Below, piece after piece: positions 1 through 12,229 of a DNA stretch of 60,000 bases. The DNA is taken from the NCBI RefSeq assembly GCF_963921235.1, contig NC_086107.1:98830001-98890000 (forward strand). The letters are read 5' to 3'. This stretch comes from Mobula hypostoma (lineage: Eukaryota). The stretch's first letter is position 1, and every line of letters begins with the position of its first letter. The notes beneath the pieces are model-generated. The model saw nothing but the letters and a program-made list of their open reading frames with translations, made no database searches and was not told the origin of the DNA. Position numbers and translations under genes: made by a program.

Positions 1-842
1 TACTGCATTCATTTCCATTCTCTCTCCATTTACAATATAATCTGCCTTTTGTTTGGTGGCTGTCTGAAGTTTCCGGCCGTGACAGGAAATCTGTGTGAGA
101 GAGTTTTTAAAGGGGGGGATCGTTGCACTCAGGCAGTTCCACTCTCTTGACCTCAGAAGTTGAGGTCCAGTGGAACAGACAAGCATCACAAACTGGGGTC
201 TTCCTTGGTTGCAGTGGATGACCATGATGTCTTCTGTGCCTTGTCGTGTCCTTTGCTCTCCACCGAGCGTTACAGTACCACCTTCTTGGCTGTCAGATCT
301 CCCCCGCCCAGTCTGCCAGAGCTGACTTCGCGTGCTGGGACAGGCACGTCCCTAACTCACTGGGGTACGAGGCCTACTGACTATCCTCACCTCGTTCAGC
401 CCGCCTGTGGAAGAGATGTATCGGGGTGTGGTCGCCGTCGCATGCAAACAGCTATTTAGAACCACAGGTAAGAGTGAGTGTCCGGTGGGGACCAAAGGTA
501 AGTGAGCTGCCCTGGAATGGACGCAACAAGCCTTTTCACCGGAGGTGCTACCCCTCTCTAGACACCCCATACTCTTACTGAATTGTATGGCTTCACACTT
601 ACCTTGCAAGAAGCTTCACTTGCCAAGTCTTTGTCAATTCACTCATATCATATCTCTTCACTGCAACAACCTCTCTGGAATATTTTTGTGTTGTCAGCAA
701 ACTCGGGTACCTTACGTTCTGCTCCTCCTCCTCTAGTCATTAGTGACCATGTGGTTGAAGGATAGTGATCCTTAGGACACTGCAATGTTTACATTCAGCC
801 TGAGAAAAACAAGTTAATCTCACTCTGTCTTCTATACAATAA

Positions 843-1635
843 CACTGGACAACATATTTTTTCGTAAGTGTTGCTTCCTCGTAATTTTTTTTTTGTTTAT
901 GATTGACCGCTTGAAGCTGAACATAAATATAATTTCAGACTACTTGTATTACGTAGGAATTTGGAGAAGCAACAAATTAACTTATTGAATATAATGCGTT
1001 TAATTGCATAACAGTGCTAACACTTTGCAATAGATCAACTAAGCTAAAAACGTTTTTGTTGATGATTCTTGTTTGCACTCAGTGTCTAAGGCTTCTCGCT
1101 TAGTGTCCAACGATAATCAGGCAGCATTGATGGACTCTAGTTGCCCTGATACTGTTTCTCCATGACCGCAATGGCCTGGTGAAACCTGTCACCACGCTCG
1201 TCACTGACAGCGCCAAGATTTGCAAGGTGGAAGTCTAAATGGGAATTCAGAAAATGAATCTTTAGTGACATGTTGCTTCACGGTTTTGTATGCTTGGAGC
1301 ATGTTGTCAACCAGCTGCATATAGTCTGGTGCTCTGTAGTTGCCAAGAAAATTTTCAACAATGTCCTTGAATGCCTTCCATGTGATTTTCCCTAGAAGTT
1401 CTTTGAATTGCCTGCCATTAATGACCTGTTTAATTTGTGGATCAACAAAATTGCCTTTCTTAATCTTAGCATCATTTATTCTGCCTTGAATTATGAATTG
1501 AAATAACAAATATAGATGATTTTTTAAAAAATAGTGCGTAATGGGGAGACGTCCGGGTGATTTTCATGATCAGCAGCCCAAATTCTGTAATATACACCAA
1601 AAGTATTCAGGAAACAAAATCTTTGTTGTCCAGTG
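843..1635 (-). mobile_element. Chapaev3-like (CMC superfamily) DNA transposon, non-autonomous deletion derivative with decayed transposase C-terminus
   Basis: 12-bp TIRs CACTGGACAACA (843-854) / TGTTGTCCAGTG (1624-1635); 3-bp TSD TAA (840-842, 1636-1638). The - strand encodes frameshifted 'KAFKDIVENFLGNYRAPDY...MSLKIHFLNSHLDF...LGAVSDERGDRFHQAIAVMEKQYQG', matching the Chapaev transposase 'SDEHGERFHQDI..ME.RYQG' motif as I recall it. Confidence 0.85.
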
Positions 1636-2372
1636 TAATCAATCATCAGTCCATGTTAACACATCGCCCCTAATACTATGTGCTCTCTTGCTTGTCCTAG
1701 TAATGCATATTCACATGATGCAAGAGTTGTTCTACTTTAACCAAATATTTAAACACCAAACTTGCAACACTTCCACCCACTCGCAATCTCTAAACCATAT
1801 CCAGCTCATTCAAAGATCTGGTGTGAATCGTGAGAGAGAACGGGTCTTGGAATTAACGAGACCTGGAAAACGTCCAGCTCCCTGGATTTACCTCTGAATA
1901 TTGTGTGTGTTTCAGACAGGATTTAAACAAATTGAAATATTGAGGATTATGCTGTGCATATTACTGGGGATTAAGGCGATTTTCCCTTATTGTGTGTAAA
2001 TGCAGAGAGCACTAATCAATGGAGGAATGTGGGTGGGGGGGGGGTCACAGCTGAGACTGGACGAACAAGTTCAGTGTCCTTTTTGTGCTGATTCTTTCTG
2101 CCCAGTATCCCTAATTCTTTTTAAATAAATTGGCCATAGATCTGAATGCAATTCAGTCTCTGATATTAACCACTGATTGGGTTGGTGTGAGTAGGGTTGT
2201 TGCCAGCAGTTAGGGTAAGCAGAGTTGGGGTAACCAGTGTACTGTCAGTGTAATGGAAATGAAACAGGAACATTGACAAGTCTACCACATTGGTGAGTTG
2301 CTGGATAGCGATGGAGCTGCACTTGTTGTGCACTATGTGCAAAGTAAATGTATTATCAAAGTACATATATGT

Positions 2373-3061
2373 ACTTTGGAGGGGAGGGGAGGAGAGGAGA
2401 AGATGACTGCTCGACGCAGCGCGCGCGGCCACTCCGAAATGATATTGTATTTGTAAGTAGGATGCCGTGCGCAATCCTGATTTGATGGAGACAGCCGTGA
2501 AAAGCACGGAGGAACATCTGGAGAAACTTCTGAAATGCTTGCTTCACTGCCGCTGCTACTGTGCGATCGAGAATCTCCGGAGGGGAAGGCCCCAAATCCT
2601 TGGGTTTGCCTATTGCTTGTTGCTGGGGCCAGGGTCAAAGTGCTCGGCAGAGATGGTGCTCGGTGTCGGAGGGCTGGTCGGAGGCTCGAAGTTTTCGGAC
2701 GGGCTCAAGAGTCGGCTGTGGTCGGGTGCTTCCAGGGTGCTGCATCGGCAAGTTTGTGGCGTTGGAGGTTCATGGCAGGGAGAGTTTTTCTTCCTTCTAC
2801 CGTCTGTGTGAGATGTTGGGACTTTCGAGAGACTTTGAGATTCTTTTTTACCGTGCCATGGTCTGTTCTTTATCAAATTACGGTATTGCTTTGCACTGTT
2901 GTAACTATATGTTATAATTATGTGGGTTTTGTCAGTTTTTTTAGTCTTGGTTTGTCTTGTGTTTCTGTGGTATCATTCTGGAGGAACATTGTATCACTTC
3001 TTAATGCATACATTACTAAATGACAATAAAAGAGGACTGCATGTCCTCATAATCTAATCTA
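2373..3061 (+). mobile_element. Non-autonomous retroposon (family unassigned) with (TAATC)n-type tail
   Basis: 8-bp direct repeat ATATATGT at 2365-2372 and 3062-3069; CpG-rich 5' part; 3' end AATAAA...CATAATCTAATCTAA; interrupts an older repeat. Confidence 0.6.
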
Positions 3062-3449
3062 ATATATGTCACTATATACAAACTGAGATTCATTCTCTTG
3101 TGGGCATACTCAAGAAATCTATAGAATAAGAACCATAACCAAATCAATGAAATACCACCCAACTAGGGCGTTCAACCAGAGTGCAGAAGACAACAAACTG
3201 CAAGTGCAAAAAGAAGAAATAATAATAATAATAAATAAATAAGCAATAAATATCAAAACATGAGATGAAGAGTCCTTGAAAGTGAGTCCATTGTTGGTGG
3301 GAATATTGCAATGTTGGAGCAAGTGAAGTTATCACCCCTGGCTCAAGAGCCTGATGGTTGAGGGGTAGTAGCTTCCTCAACCTGGAGAGCCAGGGGAACG
3401 CTGCTTCATCTGGCTGTATTCATGTGTATGACTGAATGACAATTAAACT

Positions 3450-4620
3450 TGAGAGAGTGAGCAATTTCAAGTTTCTGGGTGTTAAGATCTCTGAGGATCT
3501 AACTTAATCCCAACATAATCATGCAGCTATAAAGAAGGCAAGACAGCAACAATATTTAATTAGGAGTTTGAAGAAATTTGGTTTGTCACCGAAAACACTC
3601 AAAAACTTCTATAGATGTACTGCGAGGAGCAGTCTGACAGGCTGCATCACTGTTTGGTATGGGGGTGGGGGTGCAGCTACTGCACAAGTCCGAAAGAAGC
3701 TGCAGAAAGTAATAAAGTTAGTCAGCTCCATCTTGGGTACTGGCCTCCTTAGTATCCAGGACGTATAACAACCATATAACAAATTATAGCATGGAAACAG
3801 GCCATCTCGGCCCTTCTAGTCCGTGCCGAACTCTCACTCTCACCTAGTCGCACCGACCGGAACTCAGCCCATAACCCTCCATTCCTTTCCTGTCCATATA
3901 GCTGTCCAATTTAACTTTAAATGACAACATCAAACCTGCCTTAACCACTTCTGCTGGAAGTTCGTTCCACTCAGCTACCACCCTCTGAGTAAAGAAGTTC
4001 CCCCTCATGTTACCCCTAAACTTTTGCCCTTTAAGTCTCAACTCATGTCCTCTTGTTTGAATCTCCCCCACTCTCAATGGAAAAAGCCTATCCACGTCAA
4101 CTCTATCTATCCCCCTCATAATTTTAAACAACTCTATCAAGTCCCCCCCCCCAACCTTCTACGTTCCAAAGCATAAAGACTCAACTTATTCAACCTTTCT
4201 CTGTAACTTAGGTGATGAAACCCAGGTAACATTTTAGTAAATCTTCAAGGAGCGGTGCCTCAGGAAGGTGGCATCCATCATTAAGGACCCCCATCACCCA
4301 GGACATGCCCTCTTCTCATTGTTACCATCAGGAAGGAGGTACAGGAGCCTGAAGGCACACACTCAATGATTCAGGAACAGCTTCTTCTCTGGCATCCGAT
4401 TTCTGAATGAACGTTGAAACCATGAACACTACCTCACTTTTTTAATATATATTATTTCTGTTTTTGCACTATTTTTAATCTATTCTATATATACACTTAC
4501 TGTAATTGGTTCACTTGTTTTTTTTCTTCTATACTACGTATTACGTTGTACTACTGCTGCTAAGTTAACAAATTTCATGACACATGCCGGTGATAATAAA
4601 CCTGATTCTGATTTTGACTT
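3450..4620 (+). mobile_element. Rex1/Babar-type LINE 3' fragment, split by a CR1 insertion
   Basis: ORF 3568-3768 'KTLKNFYRCTARSSLTGCITVWYG...LQKVIK..SSILGT' (DUF1891-like RT C-terminus); resumes at about 4241 with 'IIKDPHHPGHALFSLLPSGRRYRSLKAHT'. Confidence 0.75.
3766..4240 (-). mobile_element. CR1 LINE 3' fragment
   Basis: ORF 3844-4140 'IELFKIMRGIDRVD...TRGHEL...FFTQRVV..WNELP' is the typical CR1 ORF2 C-terminus. Confidence 0.85.
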
Positions 4621-5957
4621 GAACTTTCAATATATACAGTATGTAGTGATGGTGACTTGTATGACTTATGGAATGCTCCAAAAGTAAGATCCAGTCAATC
4701 TGAAGCATCCATATTGTAAAATAAATGAACACACATCTCTGACCAGGGCTAGGGAAAATGTCTCCTGGCTTTATACCTATTTTTACACTCAGTGGTTGAA
4801 TCACATTGTGGAGTGTGGTGTGTTTAGTGAATACACAGTATTCAGGCACTTTAGGATGCCTCCATTGTTTGTAGCTGTAATCATAAGATGATGTTATCCC
4901 AATCACTGCAGGATGAACTGTGCTTGTGAGACAAGAAAATGGTGCAGAAGCCTATGAACCATTGATCATTAAAACAACAGTAATGTGTGAAAGGTTTAAA
5001 ATGAGTGAATACTTGAGTAAACACTCAGGTATTTTAGATCTTCACTTGTGCTAAATGATCCGCATTTATAGATGATTTTCTGAATTAGTTTGCAGCTTGA
5101 TCTATAAACATAGCAAAGGTGGGATAATTTGGTTAATTATTCTAACACATGGTTGAAAGATTCATTTTTGCTCCAGAATTGAAATATATTTTACCATATT
5201 TTCAGATGTGGGAGAATGGAAATGAGTGTTTAATGATATTGTGCCTTATCTATGACCATAACCCATATCCCCATCTTGGAACACAATTTCCTTGTTGCCT
5301 CTGGTTAACATTGGTTTTGGCAGCGTATCGGGCAGCATTTTTTTTTGCTGTTTCCTTAGTATTTGCTTTTTTTACGAGGCCGAGTTGCTAGCTTGACACT
5401 CAACCCAGTAAGCATGGAAAGCATGCAAGGAACCCAGGACCATTCTCCTCGATGTCCAGTGCTGGTATCACTTACATCACCAGCCAGCTATTGGTTAACA
5501 TCTAACAATCTAAAGCATCTTGGATACAAGCTTCAGTTACTTGCTGCAAAAGAAAGTTCCCAAGTGACACCAATATTTGCAAATAGAAGCTTCCCTCCTG
5601 AAAGGTAGCCTCTAATTTTAACTCCATGGCTTCCTCAAATCAGAGACAATCATGATCCATGCATGAACACCAATTCTATATTAATCCCATTTTAAATTTT
5701 TCTCACATTCTCACTAACTGCCCCCCACCCCACAGATTCTACCACTCTCCCATACAAGGGATATCTGGTTTCCGAATGGATATAGAACACATGAACACTA
5801 CCTCATTACATTTTATTTCTGTTCTTGGACTTCTTATTTAATTTAACTATTTAATATACATATACAGTATATACTTCCAATAATTTACAGTTTATATATA
5901 TATACATACTATGTATTGCATTGTACTGCTGCTGCAAAGTTAACAAATGTCACAACA

Positions 5958-6650
5958 TATTGGGGTCAGAGTCCATAGGACACTCAAAGCTGCTACGCAG
6001 GTTGACTCTGTAGTTAAGAAGGCTTTCGGTGCATTGGCTTTCATCAATCGTGGGATTGAGTTTAAGAGCCGAGAGGTAATGTTGCAGCTATATAGGACCC
6101 TGGTCAGACCCCACTTGGAGTACTGTGCTCAATTCTGGTTGCCTCACTGCAGGAAGGACATGGAAACCATAGAAAGGGTGCAGAGGAGATTTACAAGGAT
6201 GTTGCCTGGATTGGGGAGCATGCCTTATGAGAGTAGGTTGAGTGAACTCGACCTTTTCTCCTTGGAACGATGGAGGATGAGAGGTGACCTGATCGAGGTG
6301 TACAAGATAATGAGAGGCATTGATTGTGTGGATAGTCAGAGGCTTTTCCCCAAGGCTGAAATGGCTAGCACGAGAGGGCATAGTTTTAAGGTGTTTGAAG
6401 TAGGTACAGAGGAGATGTCAGGGGTAAGTTTTTTACACAGAGAGTGGTGAGTGTGTGGAATGGGCTCCCAGTGGTGGTGGTGGAGGTGGAAACGATAGGG
6501 TCCTTGAAGAGACTCCTGGATGGCTACATGGAGCTTAGAAAAAAAAACGCTATGGGTAAAGCCTAGGTAGTTCTAAAGTAGTGACATGTTCGGCACAGCT
6601 TTGTGGGCCAAAGGGCCTGTATTGTGCTGTAGGTTTTCTATGTTTCTATA
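5958..6650 (+). mobile_element. CR1 LINE 3' fragment
   Basis: ORF 5947-6450 'RGIEFKSREVMLQLYRTLVRPHLEYCAQFW...RGDLIEVYKIMRG'; ends in TTTCTATGTTTCTAT tail. Confidence 0.9.
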
Positions 6651-6952
6651 CGCTGTTGACTTTAAACCTGTTTCTGATTCTGACAAGTTACATTGGCCAA
6701 TTAACCTACTAGTCGCACATCTCTTTGGGGTGTAGGAGGAAACTGGTAGTATCTATGAAAAAACACCAGGTAGTCACAGGAAGAACATGCAAGCTCCATA
6801 CAGACAGCATTCTAGGCCAGGATTAAACCCGGATTCTGGTGCTCTGGGGCAGTAACACTACCAGCTAGCTGTGCCACTATCTTACCCACATCAGTTAGCA
6901 TTAGCCTCTTAAAGATAAAGACTAGCTTTATTTATCAGGTGTACATCAAAAC

Positions 6953-7340
6953 TGTCATGATTCCATTTGGTTGTTCCCCTTTAACGCACCTTTCTCCCTG
7001 ATTATGCCTTAATTTCAGCCATTAGATTTCCAATTGCTGCTGGTTTACTTAATTACAGTACAGCTGGTTTGCATCAGAGATTGTGAAGTAAGTACAATGG
7101 CGTCACTACACTGGTTGCCAGTTTGTTGGTTTATTCTTGTGTGATACTTCGTTCTCTCGTCTGCTTAGAATTGTTAGTTCTAAGTTTAGTTCCAAGTTCT
7201 GCTCTAGTTTCAAGATAGTCCCTGTAGATCCCGTCTCCTTGTCAAGATTCCTCCGGTTTGCTGTTCTACGTTCACGTCTACGCCAGCATCCCCAACTCAG
7301 TCGACGGCACTTGGGTTCTCCACAGTCGCCCCGTGCAACA
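6953..7340. mobile_element. Solo LTR (LTR retrotransposon, Gypsy/BEL-like)
   Basis: 388 bp with TGT...ACA termini, flanked by a 5-bp direct repeat AAAAC (6948-6952, 7341-7345); the host repeat reads continuously once it is removed. Confidence 0.65.
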
Positions 7341-9507
7341 AAAACCATGCACTGAAATGTATTGTTCGCATCAAATCAAATCAAATCAAATCAAATCAAA
7401 TCAGTGGGGATTGTGCTGGGCAGCCCGCAAATGTTGCCACACTTCTGGCACAGTTTAGCATATCCACAGCTCTCTAACCCAGATTCACTTTCTCATATCA
7501 ATTCCACTTAACATTTTGAAAACTGCAATGAGATTTGCCTTTATCTTCCAGGTACCCAGAATGATAGTCCTGGTTAGTGCAGTCTCTCACACCTTTAACA
7601 TTGGGGATCAGTTACCATTTGACGTATTTACAACGAGGTTTCAGTATATGTGAACCAGGGAGGTTTAAAGGGAATGGGAAGGACAGACCCAGGTCAGCTG
7701 ATACAGATACAGAAATGGGATCTCTAGTGATCTGGAAGAGGTCACAGGAACCCTGACTCCGGCGAGTCAGATGGAAGTGCATGACCTGGATCCCCAGTGC
7801 AAGGAAGGGGAGTGTGGCAAACAATACCCAAGGAGCCAGATGCCAAACTGTCAAAATTTGCAAATGGCAGATCATCAGATTTTGCTGTATTCTTGTGGTG
7901 GTCCAATGAGAATACAGCTTTGCATAGCTATAGTATAACTTCAGTGTCCTTATGCCCTAGTGCAATTTTCTATACCTCAATATCGTAACAATCTAGCTTA
8001 ATGGTCCTCTCTTGACCTCCATTGTTCCTTCTTTTCATCATTTGGAAAATTCTATCCCTTTTCAGTTCCAAAGCGGAACGGGAGTAGACAGTTTAAATGG
8101 TTCGACATGGACTAGATGAGCCAAAGGGCCTGTTTCTGAGCTGTACGTTTCTATGACTCTCCGGCTCAGGTCTGCCTGCCCTGAAATGCACATGGCACAG
8201 TTCTTCCAGTTCGATTATTTATACCTTTGCAACGATATTTCCCTCTACTATGTTTGCAATCCTTGTATCATTGGCAAACCTTTAAATATGGCTTTTTTAC
8301 ACTATCTATGTCATTTATATAAATATGATGGGCAATTAGAGCTTCAATACAGATCCATTAATTATTTTCTGCCAATTTAAGTACCTGATCTTCTTCTTTC
8401 TCTTGCACTTTTATCTCGTGCTGCCAGCTAATTTATGTAATTACCTTCCACTTCACGGGCGTAAAGCTCTGGGTCTTATGAGGGTCCCTGAAACTCGATA
8501 CATTCAGCAGCATCCCTCATCAGCTTCAGGCATCTGCTTAAAAGATTTAATCAGGTTCATCGAGCATAACTTACACATTTAAGAAGTAATGCTGACTTTC
8601 TTCAGATTTTCACGATGACTGCACAGACTTACAGGTTCAGCAGTTTATGTAAGAACACGTGAAGTAGCAGCAGGGGGCTAATCGCCCCCTTGGACCATCT
8701 CTGCCATTTAATAAGGTCGTGAACGATCTGATTTTTGACTCAACATCACTTTCCTACAGTCTCTCTGTAACCCTTTTTTGACTCCCTAACAGTTTAAATA
8801 TCTGTCTATATTCAATGTTTCCTTTTCTGAAGGACAGAATTCCAAGCCTTCATGACATTCTGCGAGGGGAAAAGAATTCCCATCCGTATCTTCAATGGTG
8901 AATCCTTTGAAACTCTGCTGTCTGGTTTCAAATACCCACACTAAAGGACACATCCCTGTAGTGTTCTGCTAATCCCGCTCCGAAACCTGTGTGTTTTGAG
9001 CAGGTTACCTCTCATTCTTCTAAACTGCCCAAAGTAATCAACTATTTTCATACACCAACCTCTTCGTTCTGGGAGTCAACGCAATCACTCTTCCCTGGAC
9101 TACTTCGAATGCACAGATATCATTCCTTAAATATGGAGACCATAGTGGGTGAGGGAGGCTTCCGCTGGTCAGAGTTGACCGTGGATAATCGTGTCCGAGC
9201 TGCATATGGAGACCATAACTGTTGGCACCACTCCGGTTGTGGTCCAGCGAATGTCCTCTGCACAATGCACAAGAACAGAAGAGACTGCAGAGGGTTATAG
9301 ACTCGTGGGCCCTTCCCTGCCCACCATTAAGGGCAAGTAGTGTCTGAAGAAGACGGCATTAATCAATAAGGACCTGCGCCATCAGGAATATACCATATTC
9401 TTATCTCTCCCACGAGGTAGAGGAACCTGGAGACACATACTTAATGATTCAGAAATATCTTCTTCCCTACATCGTCAGATTCAGAATTGTCCACAAACCT
9501 ATGAACA

Positions 9508-9819
9508 ATTTAAAGGCATCTGTTAGTCTTACGAGACCATGGATCTGCGCCTGGAAAGTCTTCACTCTGGGAAGGCCTGGGCAAGGTTGTATGGAAGGCC
9601 AGCAGTTGCCCATGCTGCAAGTCTCCCCTCTCCACACCACTGATGTTCTCCAAGGGAAGGGCATTAGGACCCATACAGCTTGGCATCGGTGTCGTCGCAG
9701 AGCAATGGGTGATTAAGTGCCTTGCTCAAGGACACAACACGTTTCCTCGGCTGGGGCTCGAACTCACGAGCTTCAGGTCGCTAGTCCAATGCCTTAACCA
9801 CTTGGCGACGTGCCCACAC
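9508..9819 (-). mobile_element. tRNA-derived SINE with CORE-like central segment
   Basis: Reverse complement of the copy at 10174-10466; Pol III A/B-box head; GTGTCCTTGAGCAAGGCACTTAA segment; flanking near-direct repeats AACCTRTGAACA (9496-9507, 9820-9831). Confidence 0.8.
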
Positions 9820-10173
9820 AACCTGTGAACAGAACTTCAATATTTTGTGCTATTAATTTATTTATAAAACTTGTAACTTTATGCCTCTACACTGTACTGC
9901 TGTGACAAAACAACAAACTTCACATAGGTCGGTGATAATAATTGTACTTCTGTAAAATGCATCAAAACATTTCTACTTTTGGACTTCATGCCTACTGAAG
10001 TAGAATTAGAATTTTATTTCTTACATCCATCTCACAACATGAGGGAGTAAAAATCTTTAGTTGCATCTTCATCGCTATGTACAAGTAGCAAGGAAGGGAG
10101 GTGTGGGAGGATATTGCCCAAACACTAAGATTGTATACATAATTGTTTTGTACACGCGTATGTACAGTCTGGT

Positions 10174-10466
10174 GTTGGCGCCTGGCCAAGTGGTTAAGGC
10201 GTCGGTCTAGTGATCTGCAGGTCGTGAGTTCGAGCCTCAGCTGAGGCAGCGTGTTGTGTCCTTGAGCAAGGCACTTAACCACACATTGCTCTGCGACGAC
10301 ACCGGTGCCAAGCTGAAGGGTCCTAATGCCCTTCCCTTGGACAACATCGGTGGCGTGGAGAGGGGAGACTTGCAGCATGGGCAACTGCTGGTCTTCCATA
10401 CAACCTTGCCCAGGCCTGTGCCCTGGAAACCTTCCAAGGCGCAAATCCATGGTCTCACGAGACTAA
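10174..10466 (+). mobile_element. tRNA-derived SINE with CORE-like central segment
   Basis: A box TGGCCAAGTGG and B box GTTCGAGCC, then GTGTCCTTGAGCAAGGCACTTAACC; same family as 9508-9819. Confidence 0.8.
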
Positions 10467-10949
10467 AAGAAAATGTGCTGTCATGTGTATTGATAAATCT
10501 GGTGAAAGAAGCTGTCCCGGAGCCTGTCGGTCCTGGCCTTAACGCTGTGGTACCGTTTCCCAGATGGAAGCAGCTGAAACAGTTTGTGGTTTGGGTGGCT
10601 GGAGTACCCGATGATCCTCCGGGTCCTTTGTTATAAAGAGTAACCTCCTCGATTGCTTCTACCTGAATGCTAACATTTTGAATTTCATCACCACGATCCC
10701 CAGATCCCAGCGGACCAAAACATTTTTAGTCTTAATAATATTAAATAATTATTTCTTATTGTTTTTCATTCTTCCTTCAAATCGGACGCCCCCACTCATC
10801 GTAAAATTCTTGTTTATCTTCCCCACTTTTCCTCAAGGAATAGAATGACAAATATAATTTCCCTGCATGAATGGAACAGACCTCCACGTTCGCTGGAAGA
10901 TCACAGAGCACCAACGTTCTCCTCAAACTTCCCTTCCTGGCGAGATTCC

Positions 10950-11390
10950 TCTCGTCTGCAGTTAAATGCGGTTTTGGTGGGTCCCAGACCCTGACTGTGT
11001 GAGGGGTGGTCTGTCTGCGGGTCGAGTGAACTGGGCTATGGTGAGGGCGGATTACGTGCGGCGGGTTAGGGCGCGTTATGCACGTGTGGGAGGTCGGATT
11101 AGAATTAAGGTGGGCTGCCTGGGAGTTGTGGAGCGGGTTTGGCAGAGAGAAGTTGACGGTCGTTGTGAATGCCGAGCTCTGATCACCTCCGATGTGAAAT
11201 CTCTCCGCCCAGCTCGGGGGGCTTTGTTGTCGGCCCATTCTCTCTCAGCCACAGAGGGGCTTCCAGGGGCGGCCGGATCACAGGCAGTGACCTCGGATCG
11301 GGTGCGCAGCGGCAGGAGAGCCAGCTGCTAGACAAGTCTCGGCTGCGACTCTTGGGTGAGTGAGTGAGTGAGTGAGTGAGTGAGTGAGAG
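10950..11390 (+). promoter_or_regulatory. CpG-rich candidate promoter and non-coding first exon (possibly of SLC16A8)
   Basis: Non-repetitive CpG-rich tract with GC box GGGCGG (11045-11050), GGATTA x2 (11049, 11096), TACGTG (11053) and CACGTG (11081); ends at consensus donor TGG|GTGAGT (11356), followed by a purine-rich tract. Confidence 0.45.
11356..11387 (+). repeat. (GTGA)8 microsatellite
   Basis: Directly visible. Confidence 0.95.
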
Positions 11391-12229
11391 CCCCGAATTT
11401 ATTTCAAGTTAGAATTCGCCCTGGTCTGTTCCCGGCAACCGATCCGAACCGACCGGGCGCTAACTCTGCTCTGCTGACGACCGTGACCTCGGCTGGAGAG
11501 CAGCTGGAGGGGGAGGAGTGAGGTAGAGGTGTAGGTGAGGGAGAGCTGGATGGTCATGAGGGAGGGGTAAGAGGGAGGGACGGTCGTGAGAGAGGGGCTG
11601 GAACGAGGAAGAGATGGAGGCGAGGGAGGGAACAGCGTGAATGAGGGAAAGGGTGAAGGAGGGAAGGGGTGAGTGGGAGGAATGAGGGAGGGGGTGAGGG
11701 GAGGAGATGAGGGGGGAGATGAGGGAAGGAGGGAAGTGGTGAGGATGAAGATCTGGAGAAGGATGGGCAAGGATGCTGGAAGATCGAGCGGGAAGGTGAG
11801 TGAAGGTCTGGGGAGAGACGGCAATAATTATATTTTTAATGTGAATTTGTTCACCGTCTTGTAAACACTTGATCGTATTTTGTATATTTTTGTGTAAATA
11901 AACCTTTGCAGTGTTGTAAAATAAAAGGTCTGGAGAGAGGTGGTCAGGGACGGCAGGAGGATGTGTGTGAGGAGGTGTGGAGAGCAGGGCACAAGGATCT
12001 GGACTGAGAAGGGGCTGTGTGAAGTCTGGACGGTGGATCTCTCAGTCTGTCGTGGACTCGGCAGGTCCGGGTTGTCAGACCGGTCGGACCTTGGCATCAA
12101 GTTGAGTTGGATTTGGGCTGGTCTGGTGCTGGTCAGCCAGGATTGAAGTGGTTTGCGGGTGACAGCCTTTGACATGAAGGAAGTATTGGGCCCAATAGAA
12201 GAAGGTACTTCAATATTTTGCACAAAGGA

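Noticed and set aside
10174..10250. tRNA gene
   Set aside because: It is the tRNA-like head of a SINE and continues into the SINE body; a second copy lies at 9508-9819. The same applies to 20479-20560.
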